Origin: Plasmodiophora brassicae
Lineage: Eukaryota
Direction of reading: 5' to 3'
DNA length: 64,000 nt
NCBI GenBank assembly: GCA_036867785.1
Contig: CP145410.1
Span: 496,001 to 560,000, forward strand
Shown: positions 10,248 to 21,500 of the stretch, one piece after another
Layout of the letters: every line of letters starts with the position of its first letter
Position numbering within the stretch: the stretch's first letter is position 1
The notes under the pieces: model-generated
Seen by the model: the letters and a program-made list of their open reading frames with translations, nothing else
What the model was told of the DNA's origin: nothing
The model's database searches: none
Program-made: the position numbers and the translations under genes

Positions 10248-11795
10248 ATGCAGGGCGGGCGCGCTCGGTACTTCGAGAACCCCTACGTCAGCAACGCCGT
10301 CCAGTTCAATCGCCTGCGTAACCGGGTCGACATGGCGTCGCACGGCATCCAGGTGAGCGTCCTGGAACGCGCCGTCACGCTGCTCGAGGTCGTCCACAAT
10401 GGCGTCGTCGACTCGCTGTCAGCGATCTGCAACCCGGCCGTCACGGTCGAGCCGGGCGTCGAGCGCACGCTCGGCCTGCATCTCTATACGGGGACGCTGG
10501 CCGGGTTCGCGTTCACGGTCGATCGCCTGGCCCAGACCCTGCGTCGCCTGCGAACCCCGCTCCAACAGGAATTCGACATGGGCAGCATCCTGGGCAAGCT
10601 GAACGCGTTCAAATGTGTGTTCCGCCCCGTTCTGCCGCCCACGAACCGCGTCTGGACTGAGGTCGTCCCCGACGACGACAGTTTTGAAATGGCGCATCAT
10701 GCACGGCAGCAAACGATCGATACGACGATCGACAAGATGACGTCGCTGGCCGAACAAGTCTACGGGTTGTGCATTGCCGCTGAAGACCACCTTCGAGGCG
10801 CACATCGGGCCAGTGGACACAGCGGAACGCGCATGAACACGTTCCTGGAAGGCGACCTGGGCGTTCGAGCCTGCCTCCATGCGGTCATGTCGAAACGCGC
10901 TGGAAGCCACCCTCATCGGCTCGTTTCCGAACACGCTGAACGCCGATGGGTGCAGGAAGCGAAGGCTGCCATCGAGGTCGCCGAACGCAGCGGCGCTCGC
11001 CGCCACCACGATGAACTCCTGTACGGCCGCGCCGGCGTCCTGTACTCGCTTCTATACGCGGCGCGCTCTGGATCCTACGACAACGTGGTCGACGACGGCA
11101 TCCAGTCGATCAGCGAGATTATCCTGCAGTCTGGTCGGGCCGTTGCCCGGGACCTGGGCTCGGACTGGCCGCTGGCCTACGAGTTCCACGACAAGCAGTA
11201 CCTTGGTGCGGCTCATGGCCTCGCCGGCATCGTGTACGTTCTTCTGCACGTCCGTCTGAAAGACGAGCGCCTGGATCGCGATGTGATGGACGTCGCGGAG
11301 CGCTGCCTGAATCGCATGGTCAGCCACCTGCAACTCTCGACCGGGAACTTCCCGTCGAAGGTGTACGCGCGGGCTGACAGCCGTCGGGAAGGCGATCTGG
11401 TGCAGTGGTGCCATGGGGCACCTGGCATTGTGCCCTTGCTGTGTCGCGTGCGGGCCAGCGAGTCCAGGATGCCGGCGGCGATATCGTCGGCCTTGGACCA
11501 TATCTGGCAACGCGGGCTGCTGACTAAAGGCGTTGGTCTGTGCCATGGCATCGCCGGTAACGGGTATGCGTTCCTGCATGGGATGCAATTCCCGGACAGG
11601 CGGGTCGACTGCCTGGTCAAGGCGGTGGCGTTCGCCGAGTTCGCCTGGGATAACATTGACGCGCTGCTCGACGTTCCTGACCATCCGCTATCGCTCATGG
11701 AGGGCGTCGCCGGATTCGTCTGCTTCCTCCTCGACCTGGTCCTCGTTCTCGCTGGCGACCGCATGATCGGGTTTCCCGGATTCGACCTGACGTGA
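10248..11795 (+). CDS. LANCL: LanC-like protein (LANCL/GCR2 family)
   Basis: RYFENP, ELLYGRAG, YLGAAHGLAG, VQWCHGAPG, GLCHGIAGN, SLMEG and terminal FPGFDL. The Zn ligands (Cys, Cys, His) are intact. Intronless. Confidence 0.93.
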   Translation: MQGGRARYFENPYVSNAVQFNRLRNRVDMASHGIQVSVLERAVTLLEVVHNGVVDSLSAICNPAVTVEPGVERTLGLHLYTGTLAGFAFTVDRLAQTLRRLRTPLQQEFDMGSILGKLNAFKCVFRPVLPPTNRVWTEVVPDDDSFEMAHHARQQTIDTTIDKMTSLAEQVYGLCIAAEDHLRGAHRASGHSGTRMNTFLEGDLGVRACLHAVMSKRAGSHPHRLVSEHAERRWVQEAKAAIEVAERSGARRHHDELLYGRAGVLYSLLYAARSGSYDNVVDDGIQSISEIILQSGRAVARDLGSDWPLAYEFHDKQYLGAAHGLAGIVYVLLHVRLKDERLDRDVMDVAERCLNRMVSHLQLSTGNFPSKVYARADSRREGDLVQWCHGAPGIVPLLCRVRASESRMPAAISSALDHIWQRGLLTKGVGLCHGIAGNGYAFLHGMQFPDRRVDCLVKAVAFAEFAWDNIDALLDVPDHPLSLMEGVAGFVCFLLDLVLVLAGDRMIGFPGFDLT

Positions 11796-11975
11796 CGTCG
11801 AGAAACAATGGCAGTATGTAAAGCGTTTCCGGTGTTGTTCGCACGACCCAGTTGTGGGGGTCGCTCTGGGAACCCAACCGGGTGGCACCGCCGCCCTGAC
11901 TGCGACGACTGTGCCAGGTCGGCACGACAAAGGGGGACGGATCAGCGTTGTCGACAGGGTATCCGTGTGGGGCGA

Positions 11976-12743
11976 ATGGACATCATCTTTGCGTTGATCG
12001 CACGCGGCACCAAAGTCCTGGCCGAGTGCACGAAGGAGAACCACAAAGGCAACTTCAGCGACGTCGGCCAGCGCATCCTGCGGCGCGTCAAGTGGCCTGG
12101 TCGAGAACCAGGCGCCGCTGGTTCGCGTAGGATGACCTTCACGAATCAATCGTACGTCGTCGGATAACGTCGGCAATGAATGCGACTTAACGAGCACGTC
12201 CAGGTTCTCGTTTCACATTCTGGCGCGGGAAGGCATCGCATTCATGTGCATGACAAAGTCGCAGACGGGTCGGCACCTGCCGTTCGACTTTCTCGATCAG
12301 GTGTCGAAGCATTACTTTAAGGAATACGGGGGCGGAGCCGGCGGCGAAGGGTCGTGCCACCTGCCCAGCATGCTGCGTCGGTGTATGAAGACGCTGGCCA
12401 TGTCCGACGAGTTCATGCGGATCGACAGCATGAACCGGGAGCTGGACGACGTCGCCGAAACCATGCGCCTGAACATCGAGTCCGTCGTCGACCGAGGCGA
12501 GAAGATCTCACTGCTGGTCGAGAAGACCGACAGCCTGAGCATGTCGAGCCGCCTGTTCAGACGCCAGTCGAGACTGGTCTGGTTCCGGTCCCTGCTGCGA
12601 CGTTACAAGACACGGATCCTGATGGCTGTCGTCGTCCTGGTACGCCTAAACAGTCTGCTGCGCCCCCCGCGGGAAGCTGTGACCAATGGTGAATCTTCCA
12701 GGTGCTGCTAGGCCTGTTCTACGCCTACATATCGGCTCTATGA
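11976..12743 (+). CDS. VAMP7: VAMP7-like longin R-SNARE
   Basis: Longin start IIFALIARGTKVLAE, SNARE motif NIESVVDRGEKISLLVEKTDSL, C-terminal TM. Two short introns (~12152-12203, ~12640-12701); stop TGA at 12741-12743. Confidence 0.85.
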
Positions 12744-12820
12744 GGGCGGGGAAGGATCGGCAAACGAGTATAATAATCGAATTCGGTTAGCATGGGGACA
12801 GTAATGCAGGCAGCACGGCG

Positions 12821-13062
12821 CTAGTGGAGCCGTGGTTGTTGATGCTGAACGGGCGTGCCGGGCGCGATGTAGCCGATGCGTTCCGCTGCTGATTTCGTCT
12901 GGCGGGTCCCCGTCGGCGTCGTCCGCTGCGCCTCCGCACCGCGACACGCGTCCAGCTCGTGCACATCTGCCACCAGCTGTCCGTTAGCACGACCGACCGC
13001 GGGGCGTAACCGCGCTCACCTTCAGCGCTGAGCTCGATGCGCGTCGGCTTGCGCTTCAACAT
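12821..13062 (-). CDS. CDC26: Anaphase-promoting complex subunit CDC26
   Basis: MLKRKPTRIEL N-terminus. Intron 12967-13019 gives ...SAEDVHELDA...AERIGY..., which contains the CDC26 RIGY motif. Confidence 0.8.
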
Positions 13063-13511
13063 TGCGGACGGTGCGTCGCTTGGCTTTAATCGGCGACCGC
13101 GCACCCCGCCCTGGAAGGTATCGCCCCAGAAGGTGGTCGACTTGACTTCGTTACCCCCGAATTGGATCCTCGGAGACGATGACCCAGGCGCGCGAGCACC
13201 CTCCTCCTGTGTCCATGTGCCCCCGCATCCCATGAACGTTCTGATCAACGCCGATCGTCAGATTGCCTTGACGTGCATCATCGGTCGGACAGTGATAAAT
13301 AAGTTGTATTGCGAGTGATGTATGGCACTGGGGTACGTGGGATCAGCAGCAAACACGTACAGCAACGACGCGGTCAGGCTACGGCGAATAACACGCGACA
13401 CGACACGGGGGTGCAACTGGCGCCAGGGCGGGCGTTGTTGTTTTCGTTGTATTGGCCAGGGAACGGAATGTCGTCGGCGCTCTTCTTCAACACGTTGTCG
13501 TCCGGGAGCAA

Positions 13512-14027
13512 TCAGTATCGGCCAGGGCTGCGATCGCGGTACCGAGGCGAGCGTGAGCGACTGTAGTCACGACGGTGGTTATCGCGGTCGTCGTAGCCAC
13601 CAGCGCGACCACCGCGGCGATCGTCGTAACGATCGCGGTCGTCGTAGTAGCGGTCACGGTCGTCGTAGCGATCGCGGTTGTCGTATCGGTCGCGACCGTC
13701 GGAACCGCGGTCACGATCGTCTCTGCCACGGTCTCGGTCGCGATCACGTCGCCCGTACTTGGCTTCCTGGACGCCGATTTTGTTGCCGTGAAGTTCCGTG
13801 CCATCGGCTTCCAGCGCCGCATCCGCATGCGCCTTCTCGACGAACCTGACGAAGCCGAACGTCTTGTAGCCGCTGCGCGAGTTGCGGTCCCGCGGGATGT
13901 ACACGTCGCCGACTTCGCCGTAACCCTTGAAGAGCGCATTGAGGTCATCCGGCGTCGTGTCCTCCGTCAAGTTGTTGACGAGGATGCTGTGGTAGCGCGA
14001 CAGGTCCGGCGGCGGCCCGCGAAACAT
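13512..14027 (-). CDS. SRSF2: SR splicing factor SC35/SRSF2-like
   Basis: RRM with GEVGDVYIPRDR and FGFVRF, VQEAKYGR, then an RD/RS-rich tail. Confidence 0.9.
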   Translation of the reverse strand: MFRGPPPDLSRYHSILVNNLTEDTTPDDLNALFKGYGEVGDVYIPRDRNSRSGYKTFGFVRFVEKAHADAALEADGTELHGNKIGVQEAKYGRRDRDRDRGRDDRDRGSDGRDRYDNRDRYDDRDRYYDDRDRYDDRRGGRAGGYDDRDNHRRDYSRSRSPRYRDRSPGRY

Positions 14028-14176
14028 TGCTGCGACGACGACAGTCGACTATCCAACAATGACTCCCTGCGGACTCCGCCACGGACCTCCTCGTTTGGTG
14101 GGGGCCACCACATCATCGCTCCTCTCCCATCGCATCGCGTCGACAGACTGCCACGCGCTGTATAACATTCTCTTCT

Positions 14177-15454
14177 CTAATGCCCGGAAGTGTCCCGTCC
14201 CGCGTGATGGGCGGTGTGTGGTGTCGGTCCGTTGAGAAGGCGGTCGGCACGGCCCAAATCCCATCTGCAGAAGCAGGTCTTGCACGGGACGCTGTCGACG
14301 CCGTTGACGCGATGACGGACGCTGTCCATCATGGTTTGCACTTCATGGTCGAAGCGTCGCAGGCGGTTGCGCACGGCCACCAGACAGGTTGCCACGTTCA
14401 GCACTTGGCAGTTCCTGACGTAGACCTTGCGTCGTGCCTGCCAGTACGCGTGCTCCCTCCGCCACACCTCATCGATCCTTGTCTTCGTCTTGTTGGTCCC
14501 CTTCGCCTCTCGCGTTTCCGCCTTTTCTTCTGCCTTCCGTCCATATTTCCTGTGATGATTTCGTTCGCCTTCGCTTGACACGTCCACGATCCTGTCGATG
14601 TTGTCGTCGTCGTCGTCGTTCCGGGCGTGCGATTTCGCCCCTAATCTTCGTGGCAGCACGCCCTCGCTCATGGTCCGCTGACATCCGGCCAATGATGCCG
14701 ATCGACGGAGCGTGGTGGGGTGACCAGCTGGTACCGATGGCCTGGAAGGCCGACGAGGTCGTGTACTTTGGATCAACGTCAGGATGGATGGCTTCGGACG
14801 TTGTGCTGCTGACGCCGCACGTCGCCCTCGACGGATCCTGTGCTTGCCATCGACCAGCACATAATCGTCAACGATCAGGTCGGCCTTCAGACCACGATGG
14901 TCTTTGCTTCGTGGGACCCGTTTCTTCGATTTGGCATCGGGCGGAGGTGGCGGCACCGGTTGCGGTGGCGTTGTCACCGTCCGACTGGAACACGACGCCG
15001 ATTCGGCCTCATCGTGGTCAACGTCGATCTGGTGAGGGTCATCGACAGCCCGACTGGTCGGGTCATCCAGGAATTCGCCAATGCGGTCAGCGAGTCGGGT
15101 GGACGACTGTAGCGCGTTAACGGCAGCGGGTACAGGTCCTTGGCCGCGTCCCGCCAGCCAATCATCCGGCCATTGTTCCGACCACGGGTCAACGTCTGGG
15201 CCTTTCGCGGTGACGCAGGCGTGGAACTGCTCCCAAGGCGGCGACTCCGACGTGAACAGGTGCGCCGGTACCCGCGCGTCCAGCTGTTGCTCGATGGCGT
15301 CCTGAAGCGCGTCCAGACGGCGTCCCATGCGCCCGTCCGTGTCACCGAACAATGCCGGTCGTCGTGGGCGACCCCCGAGATCAACCGACTGCAGAGTTCG
15401 TCTTGGGCGACCCGCGTACATGCCGACGTTGCTCAGCACCCGACCACGGCGCAT
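14177..15454 (-). CDS. Hypothetical low-complexity protein (425 aa)
   Basis: Long ATG-started ORF filling the gap between the SR gene and the dynein 3' end. No recognisable domain. Confidence 0.5.
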   Translation of the reverse strand: MRRGRVLSNVGMYAGRPRRTLQSVDLGGRPRRPALFGDTDGRMGRRLDALQDAIEQQLDARVPAHLFTSESPPWEQFHACVTAKGPDVDPWSEQWPDDWLAGRGQGPVPAAVNALQSSTRLADRIGEFLDDPTSRAVDDPHQIDVDHDEAESASCSSRTVTTPPQPVPPPPPDAKSKKRVPRSKDHRGLKADLIVDDYVLVDGKHRIRRGRRAASAAQRPKPSILTLIQSTRPRRPSRPSVPAGHPTTLRRSASLAGCQRTMSEGVLPRRLGAKSHARNDDDDDNIDRIVDVSSEGERNHHRKYGRKAEEKAETREAKGTNKTKTRIDEVWRREHAYWQARRKVYVRNCQVLNVATCLVAVRNRLRRFDHEVQTMMDSVRHRVNGVDSVPCKTCFCRWDLGRADRLLNGPTPHTAHHAGRDTSGH

Positions 15455-15595
15455 GCCTGAGATGGTACTGGATCATGATGCCAGATCTTCATTTGAAGAA
15501 TCTCCCCCTGGTGCGCCCGCATCCTTCCCTTGCTATGCGCCCACCTGGTTGGGTGAACCTCGCTCGATCCCACAGTTTATTATGCTGTTGCGCCT

Positions 15596-18500
15596 TCAGA
15601 CGTCCAGTTGAGTGATTAGAGCGACACCACGCTGGACCCAGTGCGAGGACGGCTGCTCCGTCGGTAGGCGGATCGACATGACGAAATTCGTCGAATGGCC
15701 TGTCGTCGAGAGCGTCCCCCGACGTTCAGTGGTTTTGTACACCGGGCAGTCGTACTTTGCTCCTGGCTTGATGTCCACAGATCGCTGTGGGCGTAACCAG
15801 ATGATGGGCGCCAACGAAAACAGGACTTTCGGCTGGGATTCGACCAGGACGTTCGTCTGTGCGTCCCACTGAGCGGCTTCGAGGAACAGCCCGTGGATGT
15901 AGGCGCCGTCGGCCGGGCGGACAATGGACGGGTCCGATGGGTCGCGGTTGACGAACTCGAAATCGAAGCTGATCTCATCGATCGGGATCGTGTACCGACG
16001 CGAGTAATTCTACACACACACACACACGTGAAGCGGTTAGCGGGTCCAGGTCGTCGACACGACGGGCGCGTCCTGTACCTGAAGGACGCCGGTCAGGAAC
16101 GACTGCGTGAAGAAGAACCCGGAGATCCAGAAGACGTTCGGCGCGGACCCGGTCTGGACCCATTTCTGGAAGTTGTTCAGCCGGGCGACCAGATCGCTGA
16201 CGTAGCTGGACAGCGGCTTCAGCGTCGGGTACGACACCGCCAGCCACCGCCTCGGCACGCATCCGTCGAACAGCGCATCGCCGATCTGCTCCAGGTCGGC
16301 GGACATGACGACCAGGCCAACTGCGCACCGCGAATGGTCAAAGCCCGGACGACGCCGCATTTGACGGCCGAACCATCGCACCGAGCGCTTTTTGCAGATC
16401 GCTGAGCGAACTGCGGACGACCGCCACGAGGCGGTTGTACCGGATGACCTCCTGGCACAGGACCGTGTTCATGCTCTCCTTGTACGTCACCGGGAACCGC
16501 TCCTGGACCTTGTCCAGGTCGAACGGCGTCGGGACCTTCGACAGGATGTCGGCGGCTATCGCGCCGACGATCTCCTCCTGCCGCGTTCCCGGTCAGCCAG
16601 TGCGCGCCCCCAGCGGTACCCGACGTCGTTGCGCCCGACCTTTGATTTGGTCCCCGCTGACGACGTCCGCGCCTGCGTCTGGAGAATCGAGCGGAACAGC
16701 TGGGCGGTCTCGTTCCGCTCCTTGGTGATGTCGGCGTTGTCGTGCAGGCCGAACGCCTCCGGTCGGGCGACGCTTGGCAGGCCCTTGACATGTTCGATGT
16801 ACGACGTGTAATCCCCGGCGTCTGGCACCTGAACGCGATACCGTCAGCTGCGAACCGCATCGGGCGTCGCGCCTGGAGGCCCAACCAGGTACACTCCCGA
16901 CTCCGACAGCGGTGTTCCCCTGGCGAACACATTCGGGGACACGAACCGGGACAGGATATCCGTCAGGGTGCGGCGATCCCAGTCGTCAGTGACGCGCCCG
17001 CCGTAATTGCACTGCCCGACCAGGTACTGGATCGCCTTGAACGGGATCGCGTCGACGGATTCCGCTCGCCCCACGAACATGTGCAACTGCCGGACGCTGA
17101 TCCTCAGGTCGCTCTCGTTGAACTCGTAGGGGATGTTCCACCCCAGCGGCCCGAACATGCGACGCTCCTGAACCAGGGCGTGGAAGAAACACAGCCCGTA
17201 GAGCATCGACATCCTGGCGCCGAGGGTCAGCGGGTGGTGGGGCAACGACGCGGAACGACGCGGCTAACCATTGGGGTTGATGGTTCGACCCGCCAAAGAA
17301 CTCAGGGTCGCAAATCGGGTCCCGCGAGTACGACCCGAGCAGGTTGGCGCGAAGGCCCTTGGGCGGTTCGTTCGTCATCTTGATGCCCCGCTGGAGGATG
17401 GAGACCGGGAACCGGTCGCTCGGGTACGACGTCAGCCACAGGCGGTAGTCGGCGTGCGTGCTGGTCGACGTCGTCGTCTCGACGATGCGCTCCAGCGTTG
17501 GCATCCACGAGATCGCCAGGTGGCAGTTCTGCAGGATCACCCAGGTGCCACGTGCCTGCGCCACTTCAATCATGGATGCCGCCAGCGGGCCCTGGTATAC
17601 ACATCAGTGCCGAAACCCGGCTGGGCGTTCCTGTCGCGGCAGTACCTGGCCCTGCCCCAGCGATATCGACTCGAGACGCGTGCCGAACCCGTTGTCGGCT
17701 GCGAACTTCAGCAAGCTCGAGTACGGGTCCTGACGGGGGAGCCTCAGTTCTGGTGGGGTGCGTCTACCCCGTTTGTGAGCCAACGCACCGATCCTGGCGA
17801 CAGGATGAACATGAGGGGGATCGTCGGATCCGAATCGCGGAATGCGGCGCCGAGATCGAACGGAGGCGCCTCCACGAACCGCTGCCCGAGGCGGTCGCCG
17901 ACAAAGTCGCGTACGGCGGGGAACACCTTGTCCGGGCGAAGGCAACGCAGTATCAACATCTTCTGGAACGAATCCAGCGCTGTGCCGACGTCAACGTAGG
18001 GCGAGAACGACAACGACGCGGTCGGCCACTGACATGTTTGCAATTCACCAGGCAGGTGCGTCTGGTGCGGTTCGAACGCGTCGTACACGCGTTTCCAGTC
18101 GGCGCTGTACTCGCCGAACGTGGTCGCCAGGCTAGCGAACGCGGGCAACGATGATGATAGGCGGCACAGGTCGGACCAGACGGAATCCTGTAGCCAGTCG
18201 GGGCAGGGATTGCTCGACGCGGGCCCGTCCGAATCCACAGCAATGCCTCCTGTGCGGCACGCCGCCCAGTTAACGCAACGATAAGGACGGGACGAACAGG
18301 CGCAGCAGACCGGTCAGCAGGAACCGCCACTCGTCCTGGCGGATCTTGCCGGCGCTCCTGAGGATGTTGACGGCCAGCAGGAAGGAGAACAGGAGCTTGT
18401 CCTTCTCGAAGAGCGATCGGCAGACGGCGCAGTACAGGGCGTACGTGCAGTAGTCGTTCAGGTTCTGCAGGCGCGTCTCGAGGACCGGCGACGGTTCGCT

Positions 18501-21500
18501 GGACGTGATCGACTTCTGGAACAGGGCGATGAACCAGCCCAGCGAGTACTGGTACATCGGGTCGATGTTGGCCAGGTCGGCAATGCAGAAGAACAGGATC
18601 GACGAATGCACGGCGACGGGTTTGTATCCCAGGCGGGCCACATCAATCTCCTTTTCCGTCTTGTCCGAGATGGCCTGCTTCTCGGCAATGTCGTTGGAGA
18701 CCTGCTTCGAAGCGGACAGCACCTGGATGGCGCTCTCGTCATCCAGGATGCTGCCCTGGGTCGACGACAGGATCTTCAGGATCTCGTCCTCGATGTCCTT
18801 CAGTTTCTTCCTGTTCTCGGCGCTCTGCATGATCAGGCGGTTCTTCTCGGTCTGGAGCTCGGGGCGCTCCCGAGCGACGACCAGGCCCAGGAGCTGATCC
18901 TCGAGGCCGTCCGGCGTGATCATGAAGTTCAGCAACGTGATCTTGGTGGACAGCTCGGGCAGGTAGTGCGGGTTCCGCATCTTCGACGTGATGTAGAACC
19001 GGAACGCGTCCGAGTACTCGACCTCGGCGTCGCCCAGCTTGATCATCTCGATACCGCCCTTGCGGTACGTCTGCTTTAGCAGGACCGGCTCCAGCAGCGG
19101 GTCCAGCTCCTCCCCGACGTTCTCCAGCAAACAAGGCACCCCGAATTGGATTGCACCTGGCACCGATTTGTCAGCGCTGGGCCGGGTGTGCCCATGCGGT
19201 TTCGGGGCCCACCTTCCAGACGTCGACCGAAGTCGGGGTCGGTGAGCTTGCAGATGACGAGCTTGCGTTCCCGCTCCATGTTCTTGATCCAGATGTTTGC
19301 CTGGCCCTGCGGGTCGATCATCAGCGGCCACCGGCGCGCCTTGTCGATGATGATGGCGTTGTCGATCGAGAACGCGTCGTTCGGCAACCCATCCAGCGTC
19401 CACTGGCGAATTCGAACCGGATCCCCTAACGGCCACGGTCACAGACCAGACACCCTAGCAGGAGAGAGGACAGGCCACTACCGAGGGCGCCGGCTAGCGA
19501 GAATCGTTCAGCGCAGGTGAGGCCCAGGGACCGGCACGCGTTCGCCCACTCCTCGGTGCACGATGATCGGAAGGCGGCGGTGAAAGCGCCCAGATAGGCG
19601 ATGACGCCCGCCGACAGGATGATGTCGCCGGTCAGGTTCGCGTACTGGACGCCCAGTGCATGGGCGGCGTCCGTCCACCTGTCCTTCTCGCCGCCCAGGC
19701 CGCCGATCAGCTGCTGCGCCCGGACCAGCTTCTTCCCGCACAGGTCGACCTGCGCCTCCAGGTCGCTCTTCTTCTGCTGCATCCTCGACAGCGTCGAGTT
19801 CAGACCGGCCAGCTTCGTCTCCACTGTGTTCAGCTCGGCCTGCTTCGCCAGCAACCCCTACGACGCCGCCCTGTTTGAACCGTCCCCGACCGCCTCTGCA
19901 TTCGCGTCGCGTTACCTTCTCCACGACGGCGTACTCGGCCTTGGCCTGTTCCAGGCGTTCGCGCTTGGGGCGGATGGCGTTGGCGACTTCGTCGTACTGG
20001 TACATGGCGCGCACCCAGGAGCACAGGCCGAACGCCGCCTTGGACGCCTTCTTCACCGACGCCGGGTCGAACAGCGGGTTGTCGATGTACGTGGCGATCT
20101 TCTTGATGATGTCGCGCGGGATGTTGTCCTTGTCGTACGACGACAGCGTCGTCAGCAGTTTCGGGTCGCTCAGCAGCTTCTTCTTGGCCGGGTCCCAGTA
20201 GTCTTTGACCATCTTGCCTGTGCTGTCCGGCGATCTCGTCGGCGGGATGTTCATCATGACGCAGACGGCCTCCATGACGACCAGGACGCCGGCCGGCGGC
20301 GATTTCATGGCTTTGACCTCGACCAGGTCGTTCTTGGTCAACGTGTTCAGGGCGGCAATGGCCGCCTCCAGGATCGGCATGGCCTGGGCCAGGTCGGCGC
20401 CGCATTCGTCCGCGATCTGCTTGGCGGCGCTGGCCTTCTCGTTGGCGACGATCTCCTCCTGCTTCACCAGCGACCGGATCTGCTCGGCGTCGCGCGTCTC
20501 CTTGTCGACCTGGACGATCATCTCGTCGGTCTCGACGCCCGTCCTAATCAGGACCGGGCGCAGCTCCTCCAGCTCCTGCAACATGTTCTTCACCTGGCTC
20601 GCCGTCGTCGCCAGCACCTGCAGCCCGCCTTCGTACCGCTGCTTCGTCGACACGATCTGGCGGCGACGTTCCGCCAGCAACGATTTGAACGCGGTTATCA
20701 GCTCCAGGTACGACGACGGCGTCACGTAGTACCGGCGGCGAAGCTCCTGGTGGAATCGGACGGCCAGATCGTCGGTGCTTTGATGGAACTGAACGCAGAG
20801 CTTGACGCAGGACGCGCGAGTCGCCTCGGGCAGGTCGACGTCGGCGATGAACTCACGCGCCACACTCTCTGTGCCCATCGACAACGTCGTCAGCAGTGCT
20901 ATACGAAGGTTCGCCGCCGGTTCGCGGTGTACCGAGCGCGTTCGTCGGCCACTTCTGGAACCAGTCGATCGTGCAGCAGTTGACCAGGGACGGGAACATT
21001 CGCAGGCGATTGCGCAGAGCGTCCCCGACGGGCGACATGCAGAGCGCCAGGTGGAGGTTCTCGCGTACCATTTCCGTGAAGAACGCCATGCACTGGGCGG
21101 GCGTGCCGTCTTCGCGTCGCGCGCGCTTGTACGCCGGCTGCAGGTTCGTGGAGATCTCGGCGCGCTCCTCGACGCCGAACAGGTTCGGGACCTCGCCCGA
21201 GTTCAGGATGCCGTTGATGTCCTCGAGGAACGCCTCCTTCTTGATCTGCGAGTCAGTGAACAGGAACACGGTCGGCTCCTGCTTCTCGCCGGCCCAGCGC
21301 AGGACGCGCTTCAGGTCTTCGCGCCACTCGTTCATCCCGTACGTCTTGTTCATCTCGACCTGGAACAGGCGGTACCCGGCGACGTACGCCGCTAGCCGCG
21401 TCAGCGACTGGCGCCCTGTGCCACCAACGCCAACGAGCAAGGCGTGCCCGAACGGTTGCTTCAGCACCCGCGATATCCTCGAGACGTGCTCCAGCGCGAA

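Noticed and set aside
8511-11795. Possible lanthipeptide cluster (LanC, transporter, small Cys protein)
   Set aside because: There is no LanB/LanM dehydratase and no precursor with a leader. The protein is an ordinary eukaryotic LANCL.
16012-16028. (CA)n microsatellite
   Set aside because: A short simple repeat inside a dynein intron; unremarkable.
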